The notes under the pieces were generated by a model, which searched no databases, was not told where the DNA came from, and saw only the letters and a program-made list of their open reading frames with translations. A DNA stretch of 19,931 nt from a virus (Duplodnaviria; Heunggongvirae; Uroviricota; Caudoviricetes), in IMG/VR virus record IMGVR_UViG_2690316049_000008, positions 1 to 19,931 of that record; one strand, written 5' to 3'. A program made the translations under genes and the position numbers. This document shows positions 8,812-18,712 of this stretch, piece by piece; position 1 is the first letter of the stretch, and the number at the start of each line of letters is the position of its first letter.

Positions 8812-9471
8812 TTAAAACAGTGAACCAAGAAGGCCGACGCCAGCACCAATTGCTGTACCCCAACCAGGCATGATTGCAGTACCCATCGCAGCACCTGCCG
8901 CAGCTCCACCGAGAGCACTCTGAAAACCAGACGGTTTATTGGCATTTGCTGCCGCTGCCGCCGCCTGCTGTTGATACAATTGGCTGACGTTGTTAGCGTA
9001 GTTCTGCCCGGCGTTTGCCTGACCTGTAAGAGCACCAAGGCCAATGTTTGCCAGATTGTTGTAGTTGTTCATCTGACCTGACAGCCAGTTTTGACCGAGT
9101 GTAGGTGCGATTGCTGCTAACTGGTTTCCTGTTGCTGTAGAGCCTAATCCACCCGTTGCCTCTGCTGCAGCAAGACTCTGATAGCGCGCCTGCCCTGCAA
9201 GGTCTTTATACTGCTGGGAGTTGTAATACTGGTTAAGCGCCTGACCTTGCCCCTGAAGAGAGGAAAGATTCTGCAACTGTGATACGTACTGCTGAGCGAG
9301 TGGCGTGAACGGTGCAAGGTTCTGCATGTTTGTCTGCCACATTTCACGCTGCAATTCGATACCCTTTTCAGTTGCGCGTGCCTGGGCTTTAGAGCCGGAG
9401 TCGCTGCCGCCTTTCATGTACCCATTCATGGGAAGCAATTTATTCTTGAAGCTTTCGCTAAGTACCAACAT
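8812..9471 (-). CDS. Ejection (injection) protein, P22 gp7-like
   Basis: 219-aa ORF with a Gly/Ala/Gln-rich C-terminus ending in a hydrophobic Gly-rich tail, and a KGGSDSGSKAQARATE motif resembling P22 gp7. ATG at 9471 is preceded by GAGGAG at 7-nt spacing. Overlaps the gp14-like gene by 14 nt. Confidence 0.8.
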   Translation of the reverse strand: MLVLSESFKNKLLPMNGYMKGGSDSGSKAQARATEKGIELQREMWQTNMQNLAPFTPLAQQYVSQLQNLSSLQGQGQALNQYYNSQQYKDLAGQARYQSLAAAEATGGLGSTATGNQLAAIAPTLGQNWLSGQMNNYNNLANIGLGALTGQANAGQNYANNVSQLYQQQAAAAAANANKPSGFQSALGGAAAGAAMGTAIMPGWGTAIGAGVGLLGSLF

Positions 9472-9925
9472 TTAATAGCTCCTCATATTTCGAACGAGGT
9501 AATTGATAGAGGGTGATTCCTACCGGTTTTCCGTTACTCATGTACGCATCATCAAGGTGACCAACACGGGTAGCGCCAAGCAAACGGATAATTGCCCGTC
9601 CATATTTTGTGGTGTCAGGAACCATAGTGATGCTGTTAAGGAATGGTGAGTTTTCGAGAAGCCACTTGCAGAATAATCGATGCCCTTGCAGTGCATATTC
9701 ACCACGGAATCCGGGGTCGTACACCGCATGGCATTCAACAACGCTATGCCAGAAGTTACGCACTTCATGAACGCCAGCCAGCACTAATCCTTCGTAGATG
9801 CCGAGATATACCGCATCAGGCTTGATGTAGTATTTATCTCCACTGTCTACGATATTTCCCGTGTTTGCCGGGTTGTTGAGGAATTCTGCAAGCTTCACCG
9901 GATTATCGATGAGCTTTATTTCCAT
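9458..9925 (-). CDS. P22 gp14-like protein (role annotated only by position in the late operon)
   Basis: ORF in the gp14 position between tail needle and ejection genes. The track starts at GTG 9928, but ATG 9925 has the better SD spacing (GGAG 5 nt upstream) and overlaps the tail-needle TGA stop as TGATG. Confidence 0.75.
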   Translation of the reverse strand: MEIKLIDNPVKLAEFLNNPANTGNIVDSGDKYYIKPDAVYLGIYEGLVLAGVHEVRNFWHSVVECHAVYDPGFRGEYALQGHRLFCKWLLENSPFLNSITMVPDTTKYGRAIIRLLGATRVGHLDDAYMSNGKPVGITLYQLPRSKYEELLNVGT

Positions 9926-10878
9926 CACTGCTCCGCAATGATTTTGATGGTTGTGGCAGTAAACGCCGCACCATTAGACTGAATGGTTAACGTACTGCCA
10001 TTTGTGGCAAGAAAGCCGTCTTTATCCACGCTGAAGAACGTAGCTAACAGGATGTTGTCGGTTGTTGTCGCCGAGTTGCGACTGCTTACCAGTGTGTCAG
10101 GAACAGAACCGGAAAAAGTTAGCTGCATTGACCTGTTGGCGGTTCCGCTGGGCCACGTCCCAACAATCGACAGCTTGAAGAACAAGGTTTTGTTCTCGTT
10201 GAACACAACCATCTTGTTGTTAACGGTGTCGAAGAATGGTGCCAACTCACCGGATGACGGCGTGAGCGTTTTCAGCAGGCTAACAAGGTTGGTAGGCGAT
10301 GTCGGAATTGTTACCGATACCCCTGAGTAAACAACCTCTGATTTCTTGCGCGTGGTGGCATACTCAAGCGCAGATATTCTTGTTGAGTGATCACCAACTG
10401 TGCTTTGTAGCGTCGAAATACTTCCCTCTGCCGCTGTGAGCCTGGTATCAAGTGCGTCGATATCGGTTGTATTCTGAGTTATGCGCGCATCATGGTTTGC
10501 TAACTCAGATTCATTGGCAGCAATTCGCGTCTCGTGATCAGCCAGCTCTGTTTCAGCAGCCGTAATCCTTGTTTCATGATCTGCAAGAGTGCTTTCCGCT
10601 GCTGCAATTCTATGTTCATGATTGATGAGAGTTGCTTCAGCAGCTTCAATTCTGGATTCATGGTCTGCAAGGGTGACATCCTGCTCATCGTTCCTGACCT
10701 GTGCATCATAAGCGCCCTGTCCGGCCTCGTTGGCTTTGTTAGCCACGTTACCAACATCAGTGCCCTGTGCGATAACGTAAAGCAGATACGACTGCGAGAA
10801 GATATTGCGTGGAAGGACTGATGTGTCGAGCCGTGTAGCCTGAATGATTACCGGCACATTGAGATTCGAATCAGCCAT
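9925..10878 (-). CDS. Tail needle protein (P22 gp26-like) with trimeric coiled-coil repeats and a C-terminal knob domain
   Basis: 317-aa ORF. The N-terminal ~65 residues ([43 protein letters not shown]...) match the conserved gp26 N-terminal hub-binding region. The centre holds 14-residue (double-heptad) repeats of the [11 protein letters not shown] type. The C-terminal ~140 residues are a Ser/Thr-rich globular extension absent from P22 gp26, consistent with an Sf6-type knob. ATG overlaps the gp10-like stop as TAATG. Confidence 0.88.
   Translation of the reverse strand: MADSNLNVPVIIQATRLDTSVLPRNIFSQSYLLYVIAQGTDVGNVANKANEAGQGAYDAQVRNDEQDVTLADHESRIEAAEATLINHEHRIAAAESTLADHETRITAAETELADHETRIAANESELANHDARITQNTTDIDALDTRLTAAEGSISTLQSTVGDHSTRISALEYATTRKKSEVVYSGVSVTIPTSPTNLVSLLKTLTPSSGELAPFFDTVNNKMVVFNENKTLFFKLSIVGTWPSGTANRSMQLTFSGSVPDTLVSSRNSATTTDNILLATFFSVDKDGFLATNGSTLTIQSNGAAFTATTIKIIAEQ
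10459..10677 (-). repeat. Imperfect tandem 42-bp (14-codon) repeats, about 5 copies, inside the tail-needle gene
   Basis: Protein-level repeats [14 protein letters not shown] / [14 protein letters not shown] / [14 protein letters not shown] / [14 protein letters not shown] / [14 protein letters not shown] are mirrored by ~42-nt DNA repeats; 10546-10587 was checked to encode [14 protein letters not shown]. Short ORFs on both strands in the ORF track here are frame shadows of this repeat. Confidence 0.7.
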
Positions 10879-12296
10879 TACTCAATCCTTATCTGGCAGC
10901 CTGACAGAGTGACAGGTGACTTCGTGATAACGCGCAATTTGAAACCGACATTTTTCCTGATGCGCCCTACTCGCTTCCACAAAACGCGTTTGTCGTAAAC
11001 GAACGGTTCATTCTGCTCAATCATCTGCTCACGCCCGTAATTGATGCCGTCAGTGGTTGCAGAGAGAAAAAGGCGGTCAGCATACTGCGCAACTCCAGTT
11101 GAAGATTCAACTTCAAGGTCGAAAACTCTGGCGTTATCTGCTTTGAACAACGGAGTAAACAGCAGGTGTTCCTGCTGCTTGTCGTACTGACTGCTGATAT
11201 CGAACTGCAATTTCCCGGTCACCGATTCCAGCTTATCGCCGCACGTTATCTGATTTCCTTCGTAAATGAAGTCGATAGCGCGGTACACATCGTCATACAA
11301 GCCTGTTTTCAACACACACCATTGCGGACCATTGGCGCTTGAAGATGCGTCGTACACGAGGACGTGGCGCGGAAGGTGGATAATCAGCAACTCATGAGCA
11401 TCAAATCGTAGAGACTCCATCACGCCATCAGCCAGTTCATCAGCAGTGTAGGAGCGGAGGATTTTCTCAATGCTCGCGCTGGCGATTGGTGATACCTGAC
11501 CGGAGCCGATGATGTAAACAGACGGCGCACCTGTTGCCGGATTGCTGATGAACGCATACGAATCAGCAAACGGCGTTTTGCAGTAGGTTCCGGCGATTCC
11601 TTTTTGCACCATCAACGATGGCTGGGCGACATACAAAGCGGCACCAACAGTGGTTGCACCAGTCAGGGAAAAATATTCAATCGTCGATGAACCAAAGCAG
11701 ACGATGAAGTCTCGCCATGTTCCGATGCCGATGATGCCGTCAGGCTGCGATTCTGCGCGATATTGTGCGCTGTATCGGTCAGGATGTGATTCGTCTTCAA
11801 GGTCAGTGATAAACCATGAATCAGTGCCGTCTTTTGACCACGCATAACGCCCACGTAAGCGCGTAATGTCGCGTACTGAGCCTAACTCATACTGCGTGAA
11901 TCCGCTGTCTGTAGGCCAGTTTGAGACGGTTTTAACCGTGCCATCATAGCGATACTCGACCAGTTTCCCGTTAACGCCTACCGCCTGTGATGTCCGACCA
12001 TGCGCCATTGATACACGACCACTTCCGGCGACGTCACCGACTTCACTTTCGCCTTTGTACAGCTTGCCACCACACACGCGATAAACAGCATTCTGCGCCA
12101 TGTTGTACTCGACGCCACGCGATACGCCGTTCACATCAGAACGTTTGGCAATGCCCGGGAATGAGCGAAGATATCCGCTGCTGTTAAGGATTTCTTTTGG
12201 TGTAGCCAACATATTCACTGGCAGATAGTCGATATAGTCGGCGTTTCGGAAGTCTTTGCCGACACCTTTCATAAGCGGAAGTTGCTGAATCGGCAT
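10878..12296 (-). CDS. Tail hub / head-completion protein, P22 gp10-like
   Basis: 472-aa ORF, matching the length I recall for P22 gp10 and sitting in its position downstream of the gp4-like gene. ATG at 12296 with SD AGGTGA 5 nt upstream. Confidence 0.85.
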   Translation of the reverse strand: MPIQQLPLMKGVGKDFRNADYIDYLPVNMLATPKEILNSSGYLRSFPGIAKRSDVNGVSRGVEYNMAQNAVYRVCGGKLYKGESEVGDVAGSGRVSMAHGRTSQAVGVNGKLVEYRYDGTVKTVSNWPTDSGFTQYELGSVRDITRLRGRYAWSKDGTDSWFITDLEDESHPDRYSAQYRAESQPDGIIGIGTWRDFIVCFGSSTIEYFSLTGATTVGAALYVAQPSLMVQKGIAGTYCKTPFADSYAFISNPATGAPSVYIIGSGQVSPIASASIEKILRSYTADELADGVMESLRFDAHELLIIHLPRHVLVYDASSSANGPQWCVLKTGLYDDVYRAIDFIYEGNQITCGDKLESVTGKLQFDISSQYDKQQEHLLFTPLFKADNARVFDLEVESSTGVAQYADRLFLSATTDGINYGREQMIEQNEPFVYDKRVLWKRVGRIRKNVGFKLRVITKSPVTLSGCQIRIE

Positions 12297-12355
12297 TTAT
12301 TCACCTATGCGTTTGGGATATCGCCATCAATCAGAGGGAGATCGCCTGGATAATA

Positions 12356-12787
12356 TCAGTCAGATGTAAACACGTCATATTTATTACCCTGTCCTACAGG
12401 AAAATCTCCACGTCGTCGCATTGAAGGAACAACCAGAGTGTCGGTCATCAAGGCATCATATGAGCGTTGGGCGTTACTGAGAACTTGCGGAGTTGGTTCA
12501 AGGCTGTAATCAGATAGCATTCTCAGCAATAACTGATAGCCTACTGCGTGTTTGTATTTTCTTGGAAGACCTGACTCATCATCTGGTAATGGCTGATCAT
12601 CTCCAGTTGCGAAAGCGTAACCAATGTCGCCGGGGTTAATCATCCACTCGGACATCATATCTTCCAGATCATTTACACCATCTTCAATTGATTGCGGCTC
12701 AACATCAGTCAGCGATGCATTAGAAGCAATAGCAAACTTACGAAGCGCAAAAAGGACGATCTCACCCTTTGTCAGTACTGTTGCCAT
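12356..12787 (-). CDS. Head-to-tail adaptor protein, P22 gp4-like
   Basis: 143-aa ORF whose N-terminus (MATVLTKGEIVLFALRKFAIASNASLTDVEPQS) aligns with what I recall of P22 gp4. It is the first gene after the coat gene and small ORF, as expected. Confidence 0.82.
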   Translation of the reverse strand: MATVLTKGEIVLFALRKFAIASNASLTDVEPQSIEDGVNDLEDMMSEWMINPGDIGYAFATGDDQPLPDDESGLPRKYKHAVGYQLLLRMLSDYSLEPTPQVLSNAQRSYDALMTDTLVVPSMRRRGDFPVGQGNKYDVFTSD

Positions 12788-12947
12788 TGTCTGCCGCCTT
12801 ACGACCTCGCTTACTGGTCGGTTTCAATTCATCAACTGAGGCAACAAAGCCCAACCTTTCGAAAAACTGGAAGTCTTTTTCTGCGATAACGGCCTGTACA
12901 TGCCCGGATTCGTTATCTGCGGCAAGGAATACACTCATCCGATCCAT
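12762..12947 (-). CDS. Small hypothetical protein (61 aa) between coat and adaptor genes
   Basis: ATG at 12947 preceded by a good SD (AAGGAA, 5-nt spacing). Overlaps the start of the gp4-like gene by 26 nt in another frame. No recognisable motif. Confidence 0.45.
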   Translation of the reverse strand: MDRMSVFLAADNESGHVQAVIAEKDFQFFERLGFVASVDELKPTSKRGRKAADNGNSTDKG

Positions 12948-12958
12948 ATTGTTTCCTT

Positions 12959-12986
12959 AAAACATAAAAGGGGCGTAAGCCCCTTG
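12959..12986 (-). terminator. Intrinsic terminator-like hairpin immediately after the coat gene (probably partial or leaky)
   Basis: On the minus strand, right after the coat TAA stop: AAGGGGC, loop TTAC, GCCCCTT, then TTATGTTTT (7-bp stem; stem and loop at 12968-12985). It is followed by the SD of the next small ORF, so some readthrough into downstream late genes is expected. Confidence 0.6.
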
Positions 12987-12989
12987 TTA

Positions 12990-14261
12990 TTACGGATTAC
13001 CGAAGAACTGACCGCCCATGTGAGGGTTAAAGCACACATATGCAGGCAGTAAGTCGAAGCGCATTTTTTGCACGTTGGCATCGCCATCTGCGTATTTATG
13101 TACGCGGATGGAGAAACCTTCATATGTTGCAACAGCAGAATCAATACTGTGCAGTTTCGGCAGTGGGATAGAGCCAAGTCCACAGAAGAACTTGTTATAG
13201 AACAGGTTTGGCTTCATTGTCTGGCTAGCAGTGCCTACTACAGATACGGCATCGCCTGCCTCTACCTGACGACTTACAGAGTTGTACTGCGGGTTTGTAG
13301 TGTCATAAATCGGAACACCAGAAAGCGTAACCGTCACATCGCCACCGCTGTCTGAATTAGCATCAGCAGTAACCGTTGCAGTGAAGCTAATTGGTGTGGT
13401 TCCGTTATACAACGCCTGTTTGGTCTGCTGTTGCAGCCAGTAGGTATTGGTGAATTTGACCTGATCACCAGCTTTCAGAAAACCTGTAACGCTGGCTGTC
13501 GCTCCGGTCAATGTTACAGTGAACTGGTATGAGTCTTTAACTGCGTTATAGGTAACAGTTGGCTGTGTTTTGACTGTCAGTGTTCCGCCAAATGCCCCCT
13601 GCGTACGAGAGGCAAGCCCATTAGACATCAGTGCGCGAATGCCGCCAAAATTGGTTGGGATCTGTGCGTTCTCCCATGCAGTACGAACCAATTGATCTGA
13701 AGCATGCAAACCAGTCTGCGCATCAGCAAGTCGCTGTGCAGACCATGGATCCATTACAGCATAGTTTTCACCTTCATTAACGCCGAGGTCTTTCAGGAAA
13801 GATGCCGTCTGCGCAACATCAGACCATTTGGTGATTGGAGTATTGGGGCTACCAAGTGACAACGCACCGTTATTCATCATGAAGTGAGCAAGCTCTGTTT
13901 CAAGGTCGGTAACGATTCGCTGGCGAACCGGCGCGAGAATTCCTTCCAGCTGGTTAAGCTTGATCGCTTCCTCCAGTTGCTGATATTCAACAGCAACAGT
14001 GATGTAGTTACCTACACGCCCCGTAGCTTTACCTGAGATCAGGTTGTTTTTATTTTTCCCTGAAATATCACCAGTGGGAGTACGGAGGGATGAGAATTGA
14101 TGCGGACGTTTAAAGCTAACGCTATCGCCAGTGCTGGAGTTGATTTCACCTGCCAGCAACTGACGGTCTACGGTTTTCGCCAGAACTAAATCTGACATAA
14201 AACCCGGAAGGAATTTTTTCAGAACGATTTGACTGACGTTACTGTCGAGATTGTTAGGCAT
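12990..14261 (-). CDS. Major capsid (coat) protein, P22 gp5-like
   Basis: 423-aa ORF directly after the scaffold gene and before a terminator hairpin, the classic P22-like order portal-scaffold-coat. Strong SD (AAGGAA, 7-nt spacing). Confidence 0.88.
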   Translation of the reverse strand: MPNNLDSNVSQIVLKKFLPGFMSDLVLAKTVDRQLLAGEINSSTGDSVSFKRPHQFSSLRTPTGDISGKNKNNLISGKATGRVGNYITVAVEYQQLEEAIKLNQLEGILAPVRQRIVTDLETELAHFMMNNGALSLGSPNTPITKWSDVAQTASFLKDLGVNEGENYAVMDPWSAQRLADAQTGLHASDQLVRTAWENAQIPTNFGGIRALMSNGLASRTQGAFGGTLTVKTQPTVTYNAVKDSYQFTVTLTGATASVTGFLKAGDQVKFTNTYWLQQQTKQALYNGTTPISFTATVTADANSDSGGDVTVTLSGVPIYDTTNPQYNSVSRQVEAGDAVSVVGTASQTMKPNLFYNKFFCGLGSIPLPKLHSIDSAVATYEGFSIRVHKYADGDANVQKMRFDLLPAYVCFNPHMGGQFFGNP

Positions 14262-14272
14262 TTATCTTTTCC

Positions 14273-15157
14273 TTATTCGATTTTTGCGCCGGGGCATAAT
14301 TTGTTGAATTCGTCTTGTTTCGCATCAGCACCGCCACCACGTACTTCCGGCTCTGGCTTGATGGCTTTCTTTGGTTTTGGAGCAAGGCTTACCTGTTTGC
14401 TAATCTGCCCCAAGAGGAATGCTGCGCGAATTGGATCTGTCTCAGCGGCTACACGCTGGCGTAATTGCTGGCTCTTGCCTAAGCCATAGGCGAGTAGTTC
14501 AGAGCCTTCGTCTGCACAGTGAATGATGATTTCCTGCTGAATTGGTGGTAGCTCACTAAGAACAATGGCTTCCATTTCCTGATAATCTTTCACAGGAAGT
14601 TTGGCTGCCCGTTGTTTATGCGCTTCTACCCTTTGCTGGAAACGCTGCTGGTATTCCTGTTGCTGACGTAGTTTTTGTTGCTGCTGCTGTTCGACACGGC
14701 CTTTTTTCTCATGCCAATCAGTCAATGCCTGTTCAAACGCCTGTTCGTCATAATCACACGACTCAAGAGTCGGTTTTGGTGGAATAGCGTCTGGTTGTGG
14801 TTGCTGATGTTCCGCTGGCTTGGCTAATGCTTCCTCAAGCTGGCGGCGCAACTCACGGTTTTCTTTCTGTGTTTCTTTGAAGCCTTTGCGAAGATCTTTC
14901 ACCCATTGCGGCGCAGGTTGCCCGTCAATGTGATCATCATCGTCAGCGTTAAGCTGAATTTCTTCATCACCAATACGCAAGGCGTAATCTTCTGGTGTCT
15001 CTTCGGTTTTTTCAGGCTCAGTTGCCACCTCTTTACCGTTGTCATCCTGGCTTTCATTCTCAGGCTGTGACTCTGTTTGGATGATGGTTTCTTCTGCATT
15101 TTCCTGTGTTTCAGACAGGTCAATAACCTGACCGTCGATGATCAGTTCGTTTTCCAT
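14273..15157 (-). CDS. Scaffolding protein, P22 gp8-like
   Basis: 294-aa ORF between portal and coat. Highly acidic N-terminal half, Gln/Arg-rich predicted helical middle (QQQQQKLRQQQEYQQRFQQRVEAHKQR) and a basic C-terminus, as in phage scaffolds. SD AGGAG 6 nt upstream of the ATG. Confidence 0.82.
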   Translation of the reverse strand: MENELIIDGQVIDLSETQENAEETIIQTESQPENESQDDNGKEVATEPEKTEETPEDYALRIGDEEIQLNADDDDHIDGQPAPQWVKDLRKGFKETQKENRELRRQLEEALAKPAEHQQPQPDAIPPKPTLESCDYDEQAFEQALTDWHEKKGRVEQQQQQKLRQQQEYQQRFQQRVEAHKQRAAKLPVKDYQEMEAIVLSELPPIQQEIIIHCADEGSELLAYGLGKSQQLRQRVAAETDPIRAAFLLGQISKQVSLAPKPKKAIKPEPEVRGGGADAKQDEFNKLCPGAKIE

Positions 15158-15170
15158 TGATTACTCCTGG

Positions 15171-17297
15171 TTAACTCGGCATTAAGTCTGCCGGTGACTG
15201 TGGTGGTGACTGGAATTGCTGTTGTTGTGACTCGGCGACATCTTTCAGAAGGCGTATTGCCTCCATCACTGCTTTGTCATCGATGTTTCTGGCTTGAGCC
15301 AGTTTATAGACAGTGTTTGCCTGACTCTCCATCGCATCCTGCTGGGCAGTAAATGCTTTGATTTGAGTTTGAGCAGTTTCGTTAGTTGCTTTTTGCGCTT
15401 CTGCCTGCGCTGCTACCATTTGCGCCTGAGCGAGAACCATTTCAGGATTTGGCTGGCTTTGTGCTGCCATTTGCGCCTGTTGAACAATCTGCTGCTCTTT
15501 CTCATTGCGTGGTTTTGCAATGCCAGATATCAGCAGTTGGTTTCGGTTGTACTCTTTGAAGTCATCAAGGCCTTCGCCATCAATATTGTCCAGAATAATA
15601 CCCTGAATTGCCGGGCGCATTGGGTCTGTTGGAAGCATAGAGCTAAGGACATTTGTCAGTACAGAAACCGTTGCATCACGTCGTGCTGTGTAGCTTGGTC
15701 CAACATCAACCGTCACATCGTATCGACCGACAGAAAGGTCATTTAAAGCAACAACAGCCCCTGTTTGCCTGTCAACAACCTGTGCGCTCAGGACAGCGAT
15801 ATCATCACTTCCATCTTCGTTAACGATGCGCACTTCACGCTCTGAACCGTACACTTCACGCGCCATTGACAGCCATACTTCACCAGCGCGTTTAAGACTT
15901 TTCGCCATATTGTCCAGATAGATAAACGAAGCCATATCTGCTCTGTTCATCAAGTTGTTAACCGTTTCCTGAGCAATATTACTTGGCATCTGCTGCATGG
16001 CCTGACTGCCGCCTGTAACCTCCTGAATATCTGCACTGGTTTGCTGTAGTAATGCAGCCAATGCCTGATTCATAACCGCAGGCTGTGTATATCCTGCCGG
16101 GGTAGCTCCAGCGATAATGTTGCCAGATTTATCTCTCACTTCGCGCAACGGCAAGAACGCTGGTCGTTTCTTGTTGCGAGCCTCCCAGTGCTTCTCAAGT
16201 CCACGAATTTGCTCCATGCCAACTATAGGGATCTGACCGGGGTCTTGCGCTGCAGTATCAGCCAGCATTGATACCTGAAGGTTATACAAACGCTGTGGAT
16301 CCATTGCTTTTGCAATGTGCCCTTCGACACGCTCAATGTCATCAATGAACCAGCGTTTTCCATAAACCGGGATGAGGGGGATATGCTCACCAGGAATACG
16401 TCGAGGTTTCTCAAGGAAACCATCACCATCCACTACGGATACATACACACGACGGCGCTTCACTGAGCGCCTTGCCACTTCATGAAATCCAGCTATTGCC
16501 AGTTCATCTTCAATATCTTCAACCTGATCACTGTCGTATGTTGCAATCTCTCCAGTGATTGGATGTCGATAACTGATGACGTCAACAGACTCTTTACGAA
16601 CTTCGTAATACTTCGCTATGTAAATAACATCTGCACCAAACCAGTTATATTCCCAACTGGTCATAGACGTTACATCCAGAGAAGTAGGAGGTTTCTTCCC
16701 GTATTCAGCCTCATATTTTTCAGGTGACAACGAATACATACAGAACGCCCACAACGCGTCAGATTTGTCGTACTTCTTAGCGTCAGGGTCAAACCACACA
16801 GAGCGCGACGGGTCGTATATTGGTTCAATAGCAATACGCTGACGATCGTCCATGGGGTCGTATTCATTGACCAGCATCGACGTCAAACGGAAGCAACCGA
16901 AACCACCAGTAGCAGCGTCGTCAAATGCATTATCGCAAGCCTCACCGCCATCAGTTTCTTCGTAGTCAGCACGGAACAGACCATTTAATTTATTGGCTAA
17001 CTCTTCGCTTGCCTCTCTGTCACCAGGACGAAACTTAACGGTTATTCTGTTATTGCGGTATTCTGCAATGATGCGGTTAAGTTCAGTTGCTACCTTATTG
17101 ATTTCAAACTTAGGATACTTCTCGAACTGCTCATCAAGCTTAGTTCCAGCCGCCGTTGCTCCTTCCCATTGACCTCCGGGGACACGAGCAAACCTCGTAG
17201 CTTCAATGCACTTTTCGCGCACTTCCTTCTGTGGAGAATAGGCGCGGTCAAACCTGAGCATGATCCGCTCATGTTTTTTCTCTAATGTCTCTGCCAT
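15171..17297 (-). CDS. Portal protein, P22 gp1-like
   Basis: 709 aa from ATG 17297 (MAETLEKK...), placed 2 nt after the terL stop. The track ORF extends 24 codons further upstream, but that extension overlaps terL and is unlikely to be translated. Size, position and a C-terminal Gln/Ala-rich predicted helical tail match P22-like portals. Confidence 0.9.
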   Translation of the reverse strand: MAETLEKKHERIMLRFDRAYSPQKEVREKCIEATRFARVPGGQWEGATAAGTKLDEQFEKYPKFEINKVATELNRIIAEYRNNRITVKFRPGDREASEELANKLNGLFRADYEETDGGEACDNAFDDAATGGFGCFRLTSMLVNEYDPMDDRQRIAIEPIYDPSRSVWFDPDAKKYDKSDALWAFCMYSLSPEKYEAEYGKKPPTSLDVTSMTSWEYNWFGADVIYIAKYYEVRKESVDVISYRHPITGEIATYDSDQVEDIEDELAIAGFHEVARRSVKRRRVYVSVVDGDGFLEKPRRIPGEHIPLIPVYGKRWFIDDIERVEGHIAKAMDPQRLYNLQVSMLADTAAQDPGQIPIVGMEQIRGLEKHWEARNKKRPAFLPLREVRDKSGNIIAGATPAGYTQPAVMNQALAALLQQTSADIQEVTGGSQAMQQMPSNIAQETVNNLMNRADMASFIYLDNMAKSLKRAGEVWLSMAREVYGSEREVRIVNEDGSDDIAVLSAQVVDRQTGAVVALNDLSVGRYDVTVDVGPSYTARRDATVSVLTNVLSSMLPTDPMRPAIQGIILDNIDGEGLDDFKEYNRNQLLISGIAKPRNEKEQQIVQQAQMAAQSQPNPEMVLAQAQMVAAQAEAQKATNETAQTQIKAFTAQQDAMESQANTVYKLAQARNIDDKAVMEAIRLLKDVAESQQQQFQSPPQSPADLMPS

Positions 17298-17299
17298 GT

Positions 17300-18712
17300 T
17301 TACCAACCGGAGGATGAGGGAACGTATATTTCTGTTTCTTCGCGGACCAATGCCGGGCAATGCATACACATCATCAGCGCATCAGCCAGGTTAGGAGATG
17401 AAATACCGAGCTTCTGCTTCATTTCGACCTTAGTCATAAGCTCCAGCTTCCCGTTATTATTGAATTTGCGCTGAATCTGCGTCAGTTCTGCAAACAGCTT
17501 CTCCAGCATCTTCTCGCCTATCACTTCTTTGTCGAAACTCAGCATGTCGTCGGGGTCTGCATACTCACCGTGGACAACCGCCCGATATGTCAGATACAGC
17601 CTGTCAGCCAGCGCGTAATAGAATTGCGCTCGCTTATTGCGGAATACATCGCCAATAGTGCGAACGTTGTCGCCCTGTACGACTTCATCAGCCCATGCTC
17701 CGGCCTGATACGGAGCATCTTCATCGAATGGCGATTCGCTGCCCTTGAACATCGTGGCGGTGATTTTCTTGCCGGAGAACGCTTCCGTTGTCTGTCTGCG
17801 TAGCCCGGCACCAACACCATCACCATCCCACAGGTAATGGTCAGCGCCGTCTTCAATCGCCAGCGAAGTAGCCCAGTCAGCACCCTCGTTGATGTCCATC
17901 AGCAGACCTTCGGCAATGCGCTTAACTACCGAACCGTGACGCGATGCATAACCTTTAGCATCTGGCCCTGTATCTGATGGGTCATGCGCAGAGACAACAG
18001 CGCCTTTCGCTTTCCATCCGAGTTTCTTGTGCGCATCGGTTGCGGCTTCAAGCCATTCACGTTTGATGATTGCCATATCACTTGCGCTTACTGGCTCACC
18101 AAGCCAGATGTGACGATACAGTGTCGGGTTTCTGCGTTTGCACTCTTCCATCTCCAGACGGAGAACTTCAGGAAAATGCGGGTTGTCGGTGTAGTTCACC
18201 GTCAGCAGGCAAATATCATCGGGAGGATTTACAACGAATCGCTGATAGGTATCGTCGAGTATGTTCTTCGGGTTAAAGCTCACCCATATTTCGGAAAACG
18301 GCTTGCGGATGGTTGGAATCAGGATATCCCACGATTCCTTTGTTACCGCTTCCGCTTCTTCCACCCAGCAAATATCAATGCCTTCTAGCGATTTAATCTT
18401 CGTCGGGTTGTTTTTGATGCCGTAGAACATGAATTCAGCATTCGTTCCGAGATGACGAATCATTGAACGCTGAATTTCAAACTCAGACGAATACCCTTCC
18501 CGCTCTATGGTGTCTTCAAGCAACCGGATTACCGAATCGCTGATACTGTTTTGCAGTTCACGAGCGCAGAGAATACGCACTGGCTGACGACGCGCCGCTT
18601 CAACAAGCAGCCTAGCAATTGCCCATGACTTACCGCTACCTCGACCGCCTTTGGCGACTTTGTAGCGATGCGCCTCAATGAACGGTTCAAAGATAGGATT
18701 AATCGAGGTCAT
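17300..18712 (-). CDS. terL: Terminase large subunit
   Basis: 470-aa ORF with an N-terminal Walker A P-loop (KGGRGSGKS) and Walker B-like hydrophobic-DE (ICWVEEAEA), followed by a C-terminal acidic nuclease-type region. ATG overlaps the terS stop as ATGA. Closely resembles the Sf6-type large terminase as I recall it. Confidence 0.93.
   Translation of the reverse strand: MTSINPIFEPFIEAHRYKVAKGGRGSGKSWAIARLLVEAARRQPVRILCARELQNSISDSVIRLLEDTIEREGYSSEFEIQRSMIRHLGTNAEFMFYGIKNNPTKIKSLEGIDICWVEEAEAVTKESWDILIPTIRKPFSEIWVSFNPKNILDDTYQRFVVNPPDDICLLTVNYTDNPHFPEVLRLEMEECKRRNPTLYRHIWLGEPVSASDMAIIKREWLEAATDAHKKLGWKAKGAVVSAHDPSDTGPDAKGYASRHGSVVKRIAEGLLMDINEGADWATSLAIEDGADHYLWDGDGVGAGLRRQTTEAFSGKKITATMFKGSESPFDEDAPYQAGAWADEVVQGDNVRTIGDVFRNKRAQFYYALADRLYLTYRAVVHGEYADPDDMLSFDKEVIGEKMLEKLFAELTQIQRKFNNNGKLELMTKVEMKQKLGISSPNLADALMMCMHCPALVREETEIYVPSSSGW

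Noticed and set aside
5642-9825. Many 60-100-aa ORFs overlapping the ejection-protein genes and the gp14-like gene on both strands
   Set aside because: All are embedded in longer ORFs that follow the conserved P22 gene order. The Ala/Gly/Gln-rich, repetitive ejection genes naturally create open alternative frames.
10861-10872. GATTCGAATC, reminiscent of a tRNA T-loop (GGTTCGAATCC)
   Set aside because: It lies at the gp10/gp26 coding junction, with no surrounding cloverleaf or acceptor stem; coincidental.
15294-15746. 150-aa plus-strand ORF antisense to the portal gene
   Set aside because: Cys/Leu-rich, no SD, fully inside the portal CDS; considered spurious.
17298-17369. 24-codon N-terminal extension of the portal ORF (MYALPGIGPRRNRNIRSLILRLVN)
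   Set aside because: It overlaps the 3' end of terL, whereas the internal ATG at 17297 sits 2 nt after the terL stop and gives a typical portal N-terminus.
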